DNA from: Haplodiscus bocki
Lineage: Eukaryota
Assembly: GCA_965655095.1 (NCBI GenBank)
Contig: OZ296651.1
Coordinates: 31,124,001-31,188,000, forward strand
Length of the DNA stretch: 64,000 nt
Reading direction: 5' to 3'
This document shows positions 13,428-26,600 of this stretch, one piece after another. How positions within the stretch are numbered: the first letter of the stretch is position 1; each line of letters begins with the position of its first letter. The notes beneath the pieces were generated by a model. It searched no databases and was not told the origin of the DNA. It saw nothing but the letters and a program-made list of their open reading frames with translations. Position numbers and translations under genes: made by a program.

Positions 13428-16400
13428 GGGTGAACCCCGGTGCCTGGAACAGTCAATGATTAGCTCCGTTCTGAGTCTGAGTTTGCCTTGGACTTTTTTC
13501 GTTTAAAACGGTCTTTATTTGAATGAGCCTTTTTTTCGACCCTTTTCATTTTGCATGTGTACTTGATGTTCCCTTTGGAAGGAGGCTGTTCTGAAGCTCC
13601 TCGCAGGAATGGGTTAACCCTGGTGGCTGGAGCAGTCAAGGATTAGTTCTGTTCTGAGCCTTTGAGTTTGCCTTGGACTTTTTTCGTTTAAAACGGTCTT
13701 TATTTGAATGAGCCTTTTTGTCGACCCATTTGATCTTGGGAGCTTAGTGATGTTCCTTTTGGAAGAGGACCCTCCAAATATTTGTTGATATTTGTTGTTT
13801 TATTTAATGCCACAAGTTTTGTGGGTGACGGTCTTTGTTCCAAAGCTTGTTTTTCGACCCACTTGCTCTTGCTTGCGTACGTGATGTTTCGTTTAGAAAG
13901 GTTGTTCCGAGGCTCCTACTGGTAATGGGTGAACCCTGGTGCATCGAGCAGTCAAATATTAGCTCCTTTCTGAATCTTTGAGTTTGCTGTGGACTTCTTT
14001 TATCTGTGACTGTCTTTATTTGATTGAGCTTGTTTTTCGATCCTTTTGATTTTCGGTGTCTACGTGATGTTCCGATCTGAAAGAGGCTGTTCCGAAGCTC
14101 CTCCCAGGAATGGGTGAACCCCGGTGCCCCGAACAGTCAATGATTAACTGCGTTCTGAATCTTGTAGCTTGCCTTTGACAAGTTGCGTCTGTGACGGTCT
14201 TTATTTGAATGCGCTTGATTTTCCATTCTTTTGATTTTACATGTCTACGTGATGTTCCGTTCTGAAAGAGGCTGTTCCGAGGCTCCTCCCAGGAATGGGT
14301 GAACCCCGGTGCCTCGAACAGTCAATGATTAACTGCGTTCTGAATCTTGTAGCTTGATTGCGGTGGTTACAGGGCTCCACGAGCAGTTGTGTAAGCCTGG
14401 CAACTGGATCAGTTGAAGATGACCTCCGCAGATTCGTTTCTGTTGACACGTTCTGACTGTTTGACCGTCTTTTTGAATGAGCTTTTGATTTATCAACCCT
14501 TCAAGTCTTCCTTGATTACGTGATGTTCCGTTTAGAAAGAGGTTTTTGCAGAGGCTCCTCCCGGTAATGTGTGAACCCTGGTGCATCGAGCAGTCATTGA
14601 TTAACTGCGTTCTGAATCTTGTAACTTGCCTTTGACAAGTTTCGTCTGTGACGGTCTTTATTTGAATGCGCTTGATTTTCCATTCTTTTGATTTTGCATG
14701 TTTAGGTGATATTCCGTTCCGAAAGAGGTTGATCCGCAGCTCCTACCAGGAAGGGGTTAACCCTGGTGGCTCGAGCAGTCAATGATTAGCTCCGTTCTGA
14801 CTCTTTGAGTTCGCCTTGGACTTATTTCGTTTAAAACGGTCTTTATTTGAATGAGCCTATTTTTCGTCCCATTTGATCTTGCAGGCTTAGTGATGTTCCC
14901 TTTAGAAGAGGACCCTCAAAATGTTTGGTGGTAATTGTTGTTTTATTCAATGTCACAAGTTCTGTGTGTGACGGTCTTTGTTTGAAAGCTTGTTTTCCGA
15001 CCCACTTGCTCTTGATTGCGTACGTGATGGTCCGTTTAGAAAGGTTGTTCCGAGGCTTCTACCGGTAACGGGTGAACCCTGGTGCATCGAGCAGTCAAAT
15101 ATTAGCTCCTTTCTGAATCTTTGAGTTTGCTGTGGACTTCTTTTATCTGTGACTGTCTTTATTTGATTGAGCTTGTTTTTCGATCCTTTTGATTTTCGGT
15201 GTCTACGTGATGTTCCGATCTGAAAGAGGCTGTTGCGAAGCTCCTCCCAGGAATGGGTGAACCCCGGTGCCTCGAACAGTCAATGATTAACTGCGTTCTG
15301 AATCTTGTAGCTTGATTGCGGTGGTTACAGGGCTCCACGAGCAGTTGTGTAAGCCTGGCAACTGGATCAGTTGAAGATGACCTCCGCAGATTCGTTTCTG
15401 TTGACACGTTCTGACTGTTTGACCGTCTTTTTGAATGAGCTTTTGATTTATCAACCCTTCAAGTCTTCCTTGATTACGTGATGTTCCGTTTAGAAAGAGG
15501 TTTTTGCAGAGGCTCCTCCCGGTAATGTGTGAACCCTGGTGCATCGAGGAGTCATTGATTAACTGCGTTCTGAATCTTGTAACTTGCCTTTGACAAGTTT
15601 CGTCTGTGACGGTCTTTATTTGAATGCGCTTGATTTTCCATTCTTTTGATTTTGCATGTTTAGGTGATATTCCGTTCCGAAAGAGGTTGATCCGCAGCTC
15701 CTCCCAGGAATGGGTGAACCCCGGTGCCTGGAACAGTCAATGATTAGCTCCGTTCTGAGTCTGAGTTTGCCATGGACTTTTTTCGTTTAAAACGGTCTTT
15801 ATTTGAATGAGCCTTTTTTTTCGACCCTTTTCATTTTGCATGTGTACTTGATGTTCCCTTTGGAAGGAGGCTGTTCTGAAGCTCCTCGCAGGAATGGGTT
15901 AACCCTGGTGGCTGGAGCAGTCAAGGATTAGTTCTGTTCTGAGCCTTTGAGTTTGCCTTGGACTTTTTTCGTTTAAAACGATCTTCATTTGAATGAGCCT
16001 TTTTGTCGACCCATTTGATCTTGGGAGCTTAGTGATGTTCCTTTTGGAAGAGGCCCCTCCAAATATTTGTTGATATTTGTTTTTTTATTTATTGTCACAA
16101 GTTTTGTGTCTGACGGTCTTTGTTCCAAAGCTTGTTTTTCGACCCACTTGCTCTTGCTTGCGTACGTGATGTTTCGTTTAGAAAGGTTGTTCCGAGGCTC
16201 CTACTGGTAATGGGTGAACCCTGGTGCATCGAGCAGTCAAATATTAGCTCCTTTCTGAATCTTTGAGTTTGCTGTGGACTTCTTTTATCTGTGACTGTCT
16301 TTATTTGATTGAGCTTGTTTTTCGATCCTTTTGATTTTCGGTGTCTACGTGATGTTCCGATCTGAAAGAGGCTGTTCCGATGCTCCTCCCAGGAATGGGT

Positions 16401-18499
16401 GAACCCCGGTGCCTCGAACAGTCAATGATTAACTGCGTTCTGAATCTTGTAGCTTGATTGCGGTGGTTACAGGGCTCCACGAGCAGTTGTGTAAGCCTGG
16501 CAACTGGATCAGTTGAAGATGACCTCCGCAGATTCGTTTCTGTTGACACGTTCTGACTGTTTGACCGTCTTTATTTGAATGAGCTTTTGATTTATCAACC
16601 CTTCAAGTCTTCCTTGATTACGTGATGTTCCGTTTAGAAAGAGGTTTTTGCAGAGGCTCCTCCCGGTAATGTGTGGACCCTGGTGCATCGAGCAGTCATT
16701 GATTAACTGCGTTCTGAATCTTGTAACTTGCCTTTGACAAGTTTCGTCTGTGACGGTCTTTATTTGAATGCGCTTGATTTTCCATTCTTTTGATTTTGCA
16801 TGTTTAGGTGATATTCCGTTCCGAAAGAGGTTGATCCGCAGCTCCTACCAGGAAGGGGTTAACCCTGGTGGCTCGAGCAGTCAATGATTAGCTCCGTTCT
16901 GACTCTTTGAGTTCGCCTTGGACTTATTTCGTTTAAAACGGTCTTTATTTGAATGAGCCTATTTTTCGTCCCATTTGATCTTGCAGGCTTAGTGATGTTC
17001 CCTTTAGAAGAGGACCCTCAAAATGTTTGGTGGTAATTGTTGTTTTATTTAATATCACAAGTTCTGTGTGTGACGGTCTTTGTTTGAAAGCTTGTTTTCC
17101 GACCCACTTGCTCTTGATTGCGTACGTGATGGTCCGTTCAGAAAGGTTGTTCCGAGGCTCCTACCGGTAACGGGTGAACCCTGATGCATCGAGCAGTCAA
17201 CGATTAGCTCCGTTCTGAATCTTTGCGTTTGCCGTGGACTTATTTCGTCTGTGACGGTCTTTATTAGAATGCGCTTGATTTTCCATTCTTTTGATTTTGC
17301 ATGTCTACGTGATGTTCCGTTCTGAAAGAGGCTGTTCCGAGGCTCCTCCCAGGAATGGGTGAACCCCGGTGCCTCGAACAGTCAATGATTAACTGCGTTC
17401 TGAATCTTGTAGCTTGATTGCGGTGGTTACAGGGCTCCACGAGCAGTTGTGTAAGCCTGGCAACTGGATCAGTTGAAGATGACCTCCGCAGATTCGTTTC
17501 TGTTGACACGTTCTGACTGTTTGACCGTCTTTTTGAATGAGCTTTTGATTTATCAACCCTTCAAGTCTTCCTTGATTACGTGATGTTCCGTTTAGAAAGA
17601 GGTTTTTGCAGAGGCTCCTCCCGGTAATGTGTGAACCCTGGTGCATCGAGGAGTCATTGATTAACTGCGTTCTGAATCTTGTAACTTGCCTTTGACAAGT
17701 TTCGTCTGTGACGGTCTTTATTTGAATGCGCTTGATTTTCCATTCTTTTGATTTTGCATGTTTAGGTGATATTCCGTTCCGAAAGAGGTTGATCCGCAGC
17801 TCCTCCCAGGAATGGGTGAACCCCGGTGCCTGGAACAGTCAATGATTAGCTCCGTTCTGAGTCTGAGTTTGCCATGGACTTTTTTCGTTTAAAACGGTCT
17901 TTATTTGAATGAGCCGTTTTTTTCGACCCTTTTAATTTTGCATGTGTACTTGATGTTCCCTTTGGAAGGAGGCTGTTCTGAAGCTCCTCGCAGGAATGGG
18001 TTAACCCTGGTGGCTGGAGCAGTCAAGGATTAGTTCTGTTCTGAGCCTTTGAGTTTGCCTTGGACTTTTTTCGTTTAAAACGGTCTTTATTTGAATGAGC
18101 CTTTTTGTCGACCCATTTGATCTTGGGAGCTTAGTGATGTTCCTTTTGGAAGAGGACCCTCCAAATATTTGTTGATATTTGTTGTTTTATTTAATGTCAC
18201 AAGTTTTGTGGGTGACGGTCTTTGTTCCAAAGCTTGTTTTTCGACCCACTTGCTCTTGCTTGCGTACGTGATATTCCGTTTAGAAAGGTTGTTCCGTGGC
18301 TCCTACTGGTAATGGGTGAACCCTGGTGCATCGAGCAGTCAAATATTAGCTCCTTTCTGAATCTTTGAGTTTGCTGTGGACTTCTTTTATCTGTGACTGT
18401 CTTTATTTGATTGCGCTTGTTTTTCGATCCTTTTGATTTTGCATGTCTACGTGATGTTCCGTTCTGAAAGAGGCGCTTCCGAGGCTCCTCCCAGGAATG

Positions 18500-21400
18500 G
18501 ACTAACCCTGGTGGCTCGAGCAGTCAATGATTAGCTCCGTTCTGAGTCTTTGAGTTTGCCTTGGACTTTTTTCGTTTAAAACGGTCTTTATTTGAATGAG
18601 CCTTTTTTTCGAACCATTTGATCTTGGGAGCTTAGTGATGTTCGTTTTGGAAGAGGCCCCTCCAAATATTTGTTGATATTTGTTGTTTTATTTATTGTCA
18701 CAAGTTTTGTGTGTGACGGTCTTTGTTCCAGAGCTTGTTTTTCGACCCACTTGCTCTTGCTTGCGTACGTGATATTCCGTTTAGAAAGGTTGTTCCGTGG
18801 CTCCTACTGGTAATGGGTGAACCCTGGTGCATCGAGCAGTCAAATATTAGCTCATTTCTGAATCTTTGAGTTTGCTGTGGACTTCTTTTATCTGTGACTG
18901 TCTTTATTTGATTGCGCTTGTTTTTCGATCGTTTTGATTTTGCATGTCTACGTCATGTTCCGTTCTGAAAGAGGCGCCTCCGAGGCTCCTCCCAGGAATG
19001 GATTAACCCTGGTGGCTCGAGCAGTCAATGATTAGCTCCATTCTGAGTCTTTGAGTTTGCCTTGGACTTAATTCGTTTGAAACGGTCTTTCTTTGAATGA
19101 GCTTGTTTTTCGACCCTTTTGGTTTTGCATGTGTACTTGATGTTCCCTGTGGAAAGAGGCTGTTTTGGAGCTCCTCGCAGGAATGGGTTAACCCTGGTGG
19201 CTAGAGCAGTCAATGATTAGCTCCGTTCTGAGTCTTTGAGTTTGCCTTGGACTTTTTTCGTTTAAAACGATATTCATTTGAATGGGCCTTTTTGTCGACC
19301 CATTTGATCTTGGGAGCTTAGTGATGTTCGTTTTGGAAGAGGCCCCTCCAAATATTTGTTGATATTTGTTGTTTTATTTATTGTCACAAGTTTTGTGTGT
19401 GACGGTCTTTGTTCCAGAGCTTGTTTTTCGACCCACTTGCTCTTGCTTGCGTACGTGATATTCCGTTTAGAAAGGTTGTTCCGAGGCTCCTACTGGTAAT
19501 GGGTGAACCCTGGTGCATCGAGCAGTCAAATATTAGCTCCTTTCTGAATCTTTGAGTTTGCTCTGGACTTCTTTTATCTGTGACTGTCTTTATTTGATTG
19601 CGCTTCTTTTTCGATCCTTTTGATTTTGCATGTCTACGTGATGTTCCGTTCTGAAAGAGGCGCTTCCGAGGCTCCTCCCAGGAATGGGTTAACCCTGGTG
19701 GCTCGAGCAGTCAATGATTAGCTCCGTTCTGAGTCTTTGAGTTCGCCTTGGACTTTTTTCGTTTAAAACGGTCTTTATTTGAATGAGACTTTTTTTCGAC
19801 CCATTTGATCTTGGGAGCTTAGTGATATTCCTTTGGAAGAGGCCCCTCCAAATATTTGTTGATATTTGTTGTTTTATTTAATGTCACAGGTTTTGTGGGT
19901 GACGGTCTTTGTTCCAAAGCTTGTTTTTTGACCCACTTGCTCTTGCTTGCGTACGTGATGTTCCGTTTAGAAAGGTTGTTCCGAGGCTCCTCCCGGTAAT
20001 GGGTGAACCCTGGTCCATCGAGCAGTCAATGATTAGCTCCGTTCTGAAACTTTGAGTTAGCCGTGAACTTATTTCGTCTGTGACGGTCTTCATTTGAATG
20101 CGCCTGTTTTTCGATCCTTTTGATTTTCGGTGTCTACGTGTTGTTCCGTTCTGAAAGAGGCTGTTCCGAGGCTCCTCCCAGGCATGGGTGAACCCCGGTG
20201 CCTCGAACAGTCAATGATCAACTGCGTTCTGAATCTTGTAGCTAGCCTTTGACAAGTTTCGTCTCTGACTGTCTTTATTTGAATTCGCCTGATTTTCTAT
20301 TCTTTTGATTTTGCATGTCTACGTGATGTTCCGTTCTGAAAGAGGCTGTTCCGATGCTCCTCCCAGGAATGGTTGAAACCCGGTGCGTCGAACAATTAAT
20401 GATTAGCTCCGTTCTGAATCTTTGAGTTTGCCTTGGACTTAATTCGTTTAAAACGGTCTTTCTTTGAATGAGCTTGTTTTTCGACCCTTTTGATTTTGCA
20501 TGTGTACTTGATGTTCCCTTTGGAAAGAGGCTGTTCTGAAGCTCCTCGCAGGAATGGGTTAACCCTGGTGGCTGGAGCAGTCAATGATTAGCTCCGTTCT
20601 GAGTCTTTGAGTTTGCCTTGGACTTTTTTCGTTTAAAACGGTCTTTATTTGAATGAGCCTTTTTTTCGAACCATTTGATCTTGGGAGCTTAGTGATGTTC
20701 GTTTTGGAAGAGGCCCCTCCAAATATTTGTTGATATTTGTTGTTTTATTTATTGTCACAAGTTTTGTGTGTGACGGTCTTTGTTCCAGAGCTTGTTTTTC
20801 GACCCACTTGCTCTTGCTTGCGTACGTGATATTCCGTTTAGAAAGGTTGTTCCGTGGCTCCTACTGGTAATGGGTGAACCCTGGTGCATCGAGCAGTCAA
20901 ATATTAGCTCATTTCTGAATCTTTGAGTTTGCTGTGGACTTCTTTTATCTGTGACTGTCTTTATTTGATTGCGCTTGTTTTTCGATCGTTTTGATTTTGC
21001 ATGTCTACGTCATGTTCCGTTCTGAAAGAGGCGCCTCCGAGGCTCCTCCCAGGAATGGATTAACCCTGGTGGCTCGAGCAGTCAATGATTAGCTCCATTC
21101 TGAGTCTTTGAGTTTGCCTTGGACTTAATTCGTTTGAAACGGTCTTTCTTTGAATGAGCTTGTTTTTCGACCCTTTTGGTTTTGCATGTGTACTTGATGT
21201 TCCCTGTGGAAAGAGGCTGTTTTGGAGCTCCTCGCAGGAATGGGTTAACCCTGGTGGCTAGAGCAGTCAATGATTAGCTCCGTTCTGAGTCTTTGAGTTT
21301 GCCTTGGACTTTTTTCGTTTAAAACGATATTCATTTGAATGGGCCTTTTTGTCGACCCATTTGATCTTGGGAGCTTAGTGATGTTCGTTTTGGAAGAGGC

Positions 21401-24400
21401 CCCTCCAAATATTTGTTGATATTTGTTGTTTTATTTATTGTCACAAGTTTTGTGTGTGACGGTCTTTGTTCCAGAGCTTGTTTTTCGACCCACTTGCTCT
21501 TGCTTGCGTACGTGATATTCCGTTTAGAAAGGTTGTTCCGAGGCTCCTACTGGTAATGGGTGAACCCTTGTGCATCGAGCAGTCAAATATTAGCTCCTTT
21601 CTGAATCTTTGAGTTTGCTCTGGACTTCTTTTATCTGTGACTGTCTTTATTTGATTGCGCTTCTTTTTCGATCCTTTTGATTTTGCATGTCTACGTGATG
21701 TTCCGTTCTGAAAGAGGCGCTTCCGAGGCTCCTCCCAGGAATGGGTTAACCCTGGTGGCTCGAGCAGTCAATGATTAGCTCCGTTCTGAGTCTTTGAGTT
21801 CGCCTTGGACTTTTTTCGTTTAAAACGGTCTTTATTTGAATGAGACTTTTTTTCGACCCATTTGATCTTGGGAGCTTAGTGATATTCCTTTGGAAGAGGC
21901 CCCTCCAAATATTTGTTGATATTTGTTGTTTTATTTAATGTCACAGGTTTTGTGGGTGACGGTCTTTGTTCCAAAGCTTGTTTTTTGACCCACTTGCTCT
22001 TGCTTGCGTACGTGATGTTCCGTTTAGAAAGGTTGTTCCGAGGCTCCTCCCGGTAATGGGTGAACCCTGGTCCATCGAGCAGTCAATGATTAGCTCCGTT
22101 CTGAAACTTTGAGTTAGCCGTGAACTTATTTCGTCTGTGACGGTCTTCATTTGAATGCGCCTGTTTTTCGATCCTTTTGATTTTCGGTGTCTACGTGTTG
22201 TTCCGTTCTGAAAGAGGCTGTTCCGAGGCTCCTCCCAGGCATGGGTGAACCCCGGTGCCTCGAACAGTCAATGATCAACTGCGTTCTGAATCTTGTAGCT
22301 AGCCTTTGACAAGTTTCGTCTCTGACTGTCTTTATTTGAATTCGCCTGATTTTCTATTCTTTTGATTTTGCATGTCTACGTGATGTTCCGTTCTGAAAGA
22401 GGCTGTTCCGATGCTCCTCCCAGGAATGGTTGAAACCCGGTGCGTCGAACAATTAATGATTAGCTCCGTTCTGAATCTTTGAGTTTGCCTTGGACTTAAT
22501 TCGTTTAAAACGGTCTTTCTTTGAATGAGCTTGTTTTTCGACCCTTTTGATTTTGCATGTGTACTTGATGTTCCCTTTGGAAAGAGGCTGTTCTGGAGCT
22601 CCTCGCAGGAATGGGTTAACCCTGGTGGCTGGAGCAGTCAATGATTAGCTCCGTTCTGAGTCTTTGAGTTTGCCTTGGACTTTTTTCGTTTAAAGTGGTC
22701 TTTATTTGAATGAGCCTTTTTTTCGAACCATTTGATCTTGGGAGCTTAGTGATGTTCCTTTTGGAAGAGGCCCCTCCAAATATTTGTTGATATTTTTTGT
22801 TTTATTTATTGTCACAAGTTTTGTGTGTGACGGTCTTTGTTCCAAAGCTTGTTTTTCGACCCACTTGCTCTTGCTTGCGTACGTGATGTTTCGTTTAGAA
22901 AGGTTGTTCCGAGGCTCCTACTGGTAATGGGTGAACCCTGGTGCATCGAGCAGTCAAATATTAGCTCCTTTCTGAATCTTTGAGTTTGCTGTGGACTTCT
23001 TTTATCTGTGACTGTCTTTATTTGATTGCGCTTGTTTTTCGATCCTTTTGATTTTGCATGTCTAAGTGATGTTCCGTTCTGAAAGAGGCGCTTCCGAGGC
23101 TCCTCCCAGGAATGGATTAACCCTGGTGGCTCGAGCAGTCAATGATTAGCTCCGTTCTGAGTCTTTGAGTTTACCTTGGACTTTTTTCGTTTAAAACGGT
23201 CTTTATTTGAATGAGCCTATTTTTCGAACCATTTGATCTTGGGAGCTTAGTGATGTTCCTTTTGGAAGAGGCCCCTCCAAATATTTGTTGATGTTTGTTG
23301 TTTTATTTATTGTCACAAGTTTTGTGTGTGACGGTCTTTGTTCCAAAGCTTGTTTTTCGACCCACTTGCTCTTGCTTGCGTACGTGATGTTTCGTTTAGA
23401 AAGGTTGTTCCGAGGCTCCTACTGGTAATGGGTGAATCCTGGTGCATCGAGCAGTCAAATATTAGCTCCTTTCTGAATCTTTGAGTTTGCTGTGGACTTC
23501 TTTTATCTGTGACTGTCTTTATTTGATTGCGCTTGTTTTTCCATCCTTTTGATTTTGCATGTCTACGTGATGTTCCGTTCTGAAAGAGGCGCTTCCGAGG
23601 CTCCTCCCAGGAATGGATTAACCCTGGTGGCTCGAGCAGTCAATGATTAGCTCTGTTCTGAGTCTTTGAGTTTGCCCTGGACTTAATTCGTTTGAAACGG
23701 TCTTTCTTTGAATGAGCTTGTTTTTCGACCCTTTTGATTTTGCATGTGTACTTGATGTTCCCTTTGGAAAGAGGCTGTTTTGGAGCTCCTCCCAGGAATG
23801 GATTAACCCTGGTGGCTGGAGCAGTCAATGATTAGCTCCGTTCTGAGTCTTTGAGTTTGCCTTGGACTTTTTTCGTTTAAAACGGTCTTTATTTGAATGA
23901 GCTTGTTTTTCGACCCTTTTGATTTTGCATGTGTACTTGATGTTCCCTTTGGAAAGAGGCTGTTCTGAAGCTCCTCGCAGGAATGGGTTAACCCTGGTGG
24001 TTGGAGCAGTCAATGATTAGCTCCGTTCTGAGTCTTTGAGTTTGCCTCGGACTTTTTTCGTTTAAAACGGTCTTTATTTGAATGAGCTTGTTTTTCGACC
24101 CTTTTGATTTTCGTTGTCTACGTGTTGTTCCGTTCTGAAAGAGGCTGTTCCGAGGCTCCTCCCAGGCATGGGTGAACCCCGGTGCCTCGAACAGTCAATG
24201 ATCAACTGCGTTCTGAATCTTGTAGCTAGCCTTTGACAAGTTTCGTCTCTGACTGTCTTTATTTGAATTCGCCTGATTTTCTATTCTTTTGATTTTGCAT
24301 GTCTACGTGATGTTCCGTTCTGAAAGAGGCTGTTCCGATGCTCCTCCCAGGAATGGTTGAAACCCGGTGCGTCGAACAATTAATGATTAGCTCCGTTCTG

Positions 24401-26600
24401 AATCTTTGAGTTTGCCTTGGACTTAATTCGTTTAAAACGGTCTTTCTTTGAATGAGCTTGTTTTTCGACCCTTTTGATTTTGCATGTGTACTTGATGTTC
24501 CCTTTGGAAAGAGGCTGTTCTGAAGCTCCTCGCAGGAATGGGTTAACCCTGGTGGCTGGAGCAGTCGAGGATTAGTTCTGTTCTGAATCTTTTGGTTTGC
24601 CTTGGACTTATTTTTTCTGAAAGGCTCTTTATTTGAATGACCCTGTTTTTCGACCTTTTTGATCTTGCCAGTTTAGTGATGCTCCCTTTAGAAGAGGCCC
24701 CTCCAAATATTTGTTGATATTTGTTGTTTTATTTATTGTCACAAGTTTTGTGTGTGACTGTCTTTGTTCCAAAGCTTGTTTTTCGACCCACTTGCTCTTG
24801 CTTGCGTACGTGATGTTTCGTTTAGAAAGGTTTTTCCGAGGCTCCTACTGGTAATGGGTGAATCCTGGTGCATCGAGCAGTCAAATATTAGCTCCTTTCT
24901 GAATCTTTGAGTTTGCTGTGGACTTCTTTTATCTGTGACTGTCTTTATTTGATTGCGCTTGTTTTTCGATCTTTTTGATTTTGCATGTCTACGTGATGTT
25001 CCGTTCTGAAAGAGGCGCTTCCGAGGCTCCTCCCAGGAATGGATTAACCCTGGTGGCTCGAGCAGTCAATGATTAGCTCTGTTCTGAGTCTTTGAGTTTG
25101 CCTTGGACTTAATTCGTTTGAAACGGTCTTTCTTTGAATGAGCTTGTTTTTCGACCCTTTTGATTTTGCATGTGTACTTGATGTTCCCTTTGGAAAGAGG
25201 CTGTTTTGGAGCTCCTCCCAGGAATGGATTAACCCTGGTGGCTGGAGCAGTCAATGATTAGCTCCGTTCTGAGTCTTTGAGTTTGCCTTGGACTTTTTTC
25301 GTTTAAAACGGTCTTTATTTGAATGAGCTTGTTTTTCGACCCTTTTGATTTTGCATGTGTACTTGATGTTCCCTTTGGAAAGAGGCTGTTCTGAAGCTCC
25401 TCGCAGGAATGGGTTAACCCTGGTGGCTGGAGCAGTCAATGATTAGCTCCGTTCTGAGTCTTTGAGTTTGCCTTGGACTTTTTTCGTTTAAAACGGTCTT
25501 TATTTGAATGAGCTTGTTTTTCGACCCTTTTGATTTTCGGTGTCTACGTGTTGTTCCGTTCTGAAAGAGGCTGTTCCGAGGCTCCTCCCAGGCATGGGTG
25601 AACCCCGGTGCCTCGAACAGTCAATGATCAACTGCGTTCTGAATCTTGTAGCTAGCCTTTGACAAGTTTCGTCTCTGACTGTCTTTATTTGAATTCGCCT
25701 GATTTTCTATTCTTTTGATTTTGCATGTCTACGTGATGTTCCGTTCTGAAAGAGGCTGTTCCGATGCTCCTCCCAGGAATGGTTGAAACCCGGTGCGTCG
25801 AACAATTAATGATTAGCTCCGTTCTGAATCTTTGAGTTTGCCTTGGACTTAATTCGTTTAAAACGGTCTTTCTTTGAATGAGCTTGTTTTTCGACCCTTT
25901 TGATTTTGCATGTGTACTTGATGTTCCCTTTGGAAAGAGGCTGTTCTGAAGCTCCTCGCAGGAATGGGTTAACCTTGGTGGCTGGAGCAGTCGAGGATTA
26001 GTTCTGTTCTGAATCTTTTGGTTTGCCTTGGACTTATTTTATCTGAAAGGCTCTTTATTTGAATGACCCTGTTTTTCGACCTTTTTGATCTTGCCAGTTT
26101 AGTGATGTTCCCTTTAGAAGAGGCCCGTCAAAATATTTGGTGATATTTGTTGTTTTATTTAATGTCACAAGTTTTGTGTGTGACGGTCTTTGTTCTAAAG
26201 CTTGTTTTTGGACCCACTTGCTCTCGCATGCGTACGTGATGTTTCGTTTAGAAAGGTTTTTCCGAGGCTCCTACTGGTAATGGGTGAACCCTGGTGCATC
26301 GAGCAGTCAAATATTAGCTCTTTTCTGAATCTTTGAGTTTGCTGTGGACTTCTTTTATCTGTGACTGTCTTTATTTGATTGCGCTTGTTTTTCGATCCTT
26401 TTGATTTTCGGTGTCTACGTGATGTTCCGATCTGAAAGAGGCTGTTCCGAAGCTCCTCCCAGGAATGGGTGAACCCCGGTGCCTCGAACAGTCAATGATT
26501 AACTGCGTTCTGAATCTTGTAGCTTGCCTTTGACAAGTTTCGTCTGTGACGGTCTTTATTTGAATGCGCTTGATTTTCCATTCTTCTGTTTTTGCATGTT
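18500..26600. repeat. Satellite layer A2, same monomer classes without the landmark unit
   Basis: Diagnostic variants GGACTTAATTCGTTT and GGTTGAAACCCGGTGCGTCGAACAATT. Periods are 2057 bp (19025/21082, 19884/21941, 20396/22453) and 1426 bp (23640/25066). Confidence 0.8.

Larger units (their letters stand above)
1..18500. repeat. Satellite layer A1, marked by a 273-bp unit carrying an extra ~88-bp divergent segment
   Basis: The landmark GATTGCGGTGGTTACAGGGCTCC...GACACG occurs 10 times (tracked by the minus-strand ORF starts 1218, 3180, 5567, 8269, 10972, 12620, 14449, 15407, 16549, 17509) and not afterwards. Confidence 0.85.
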
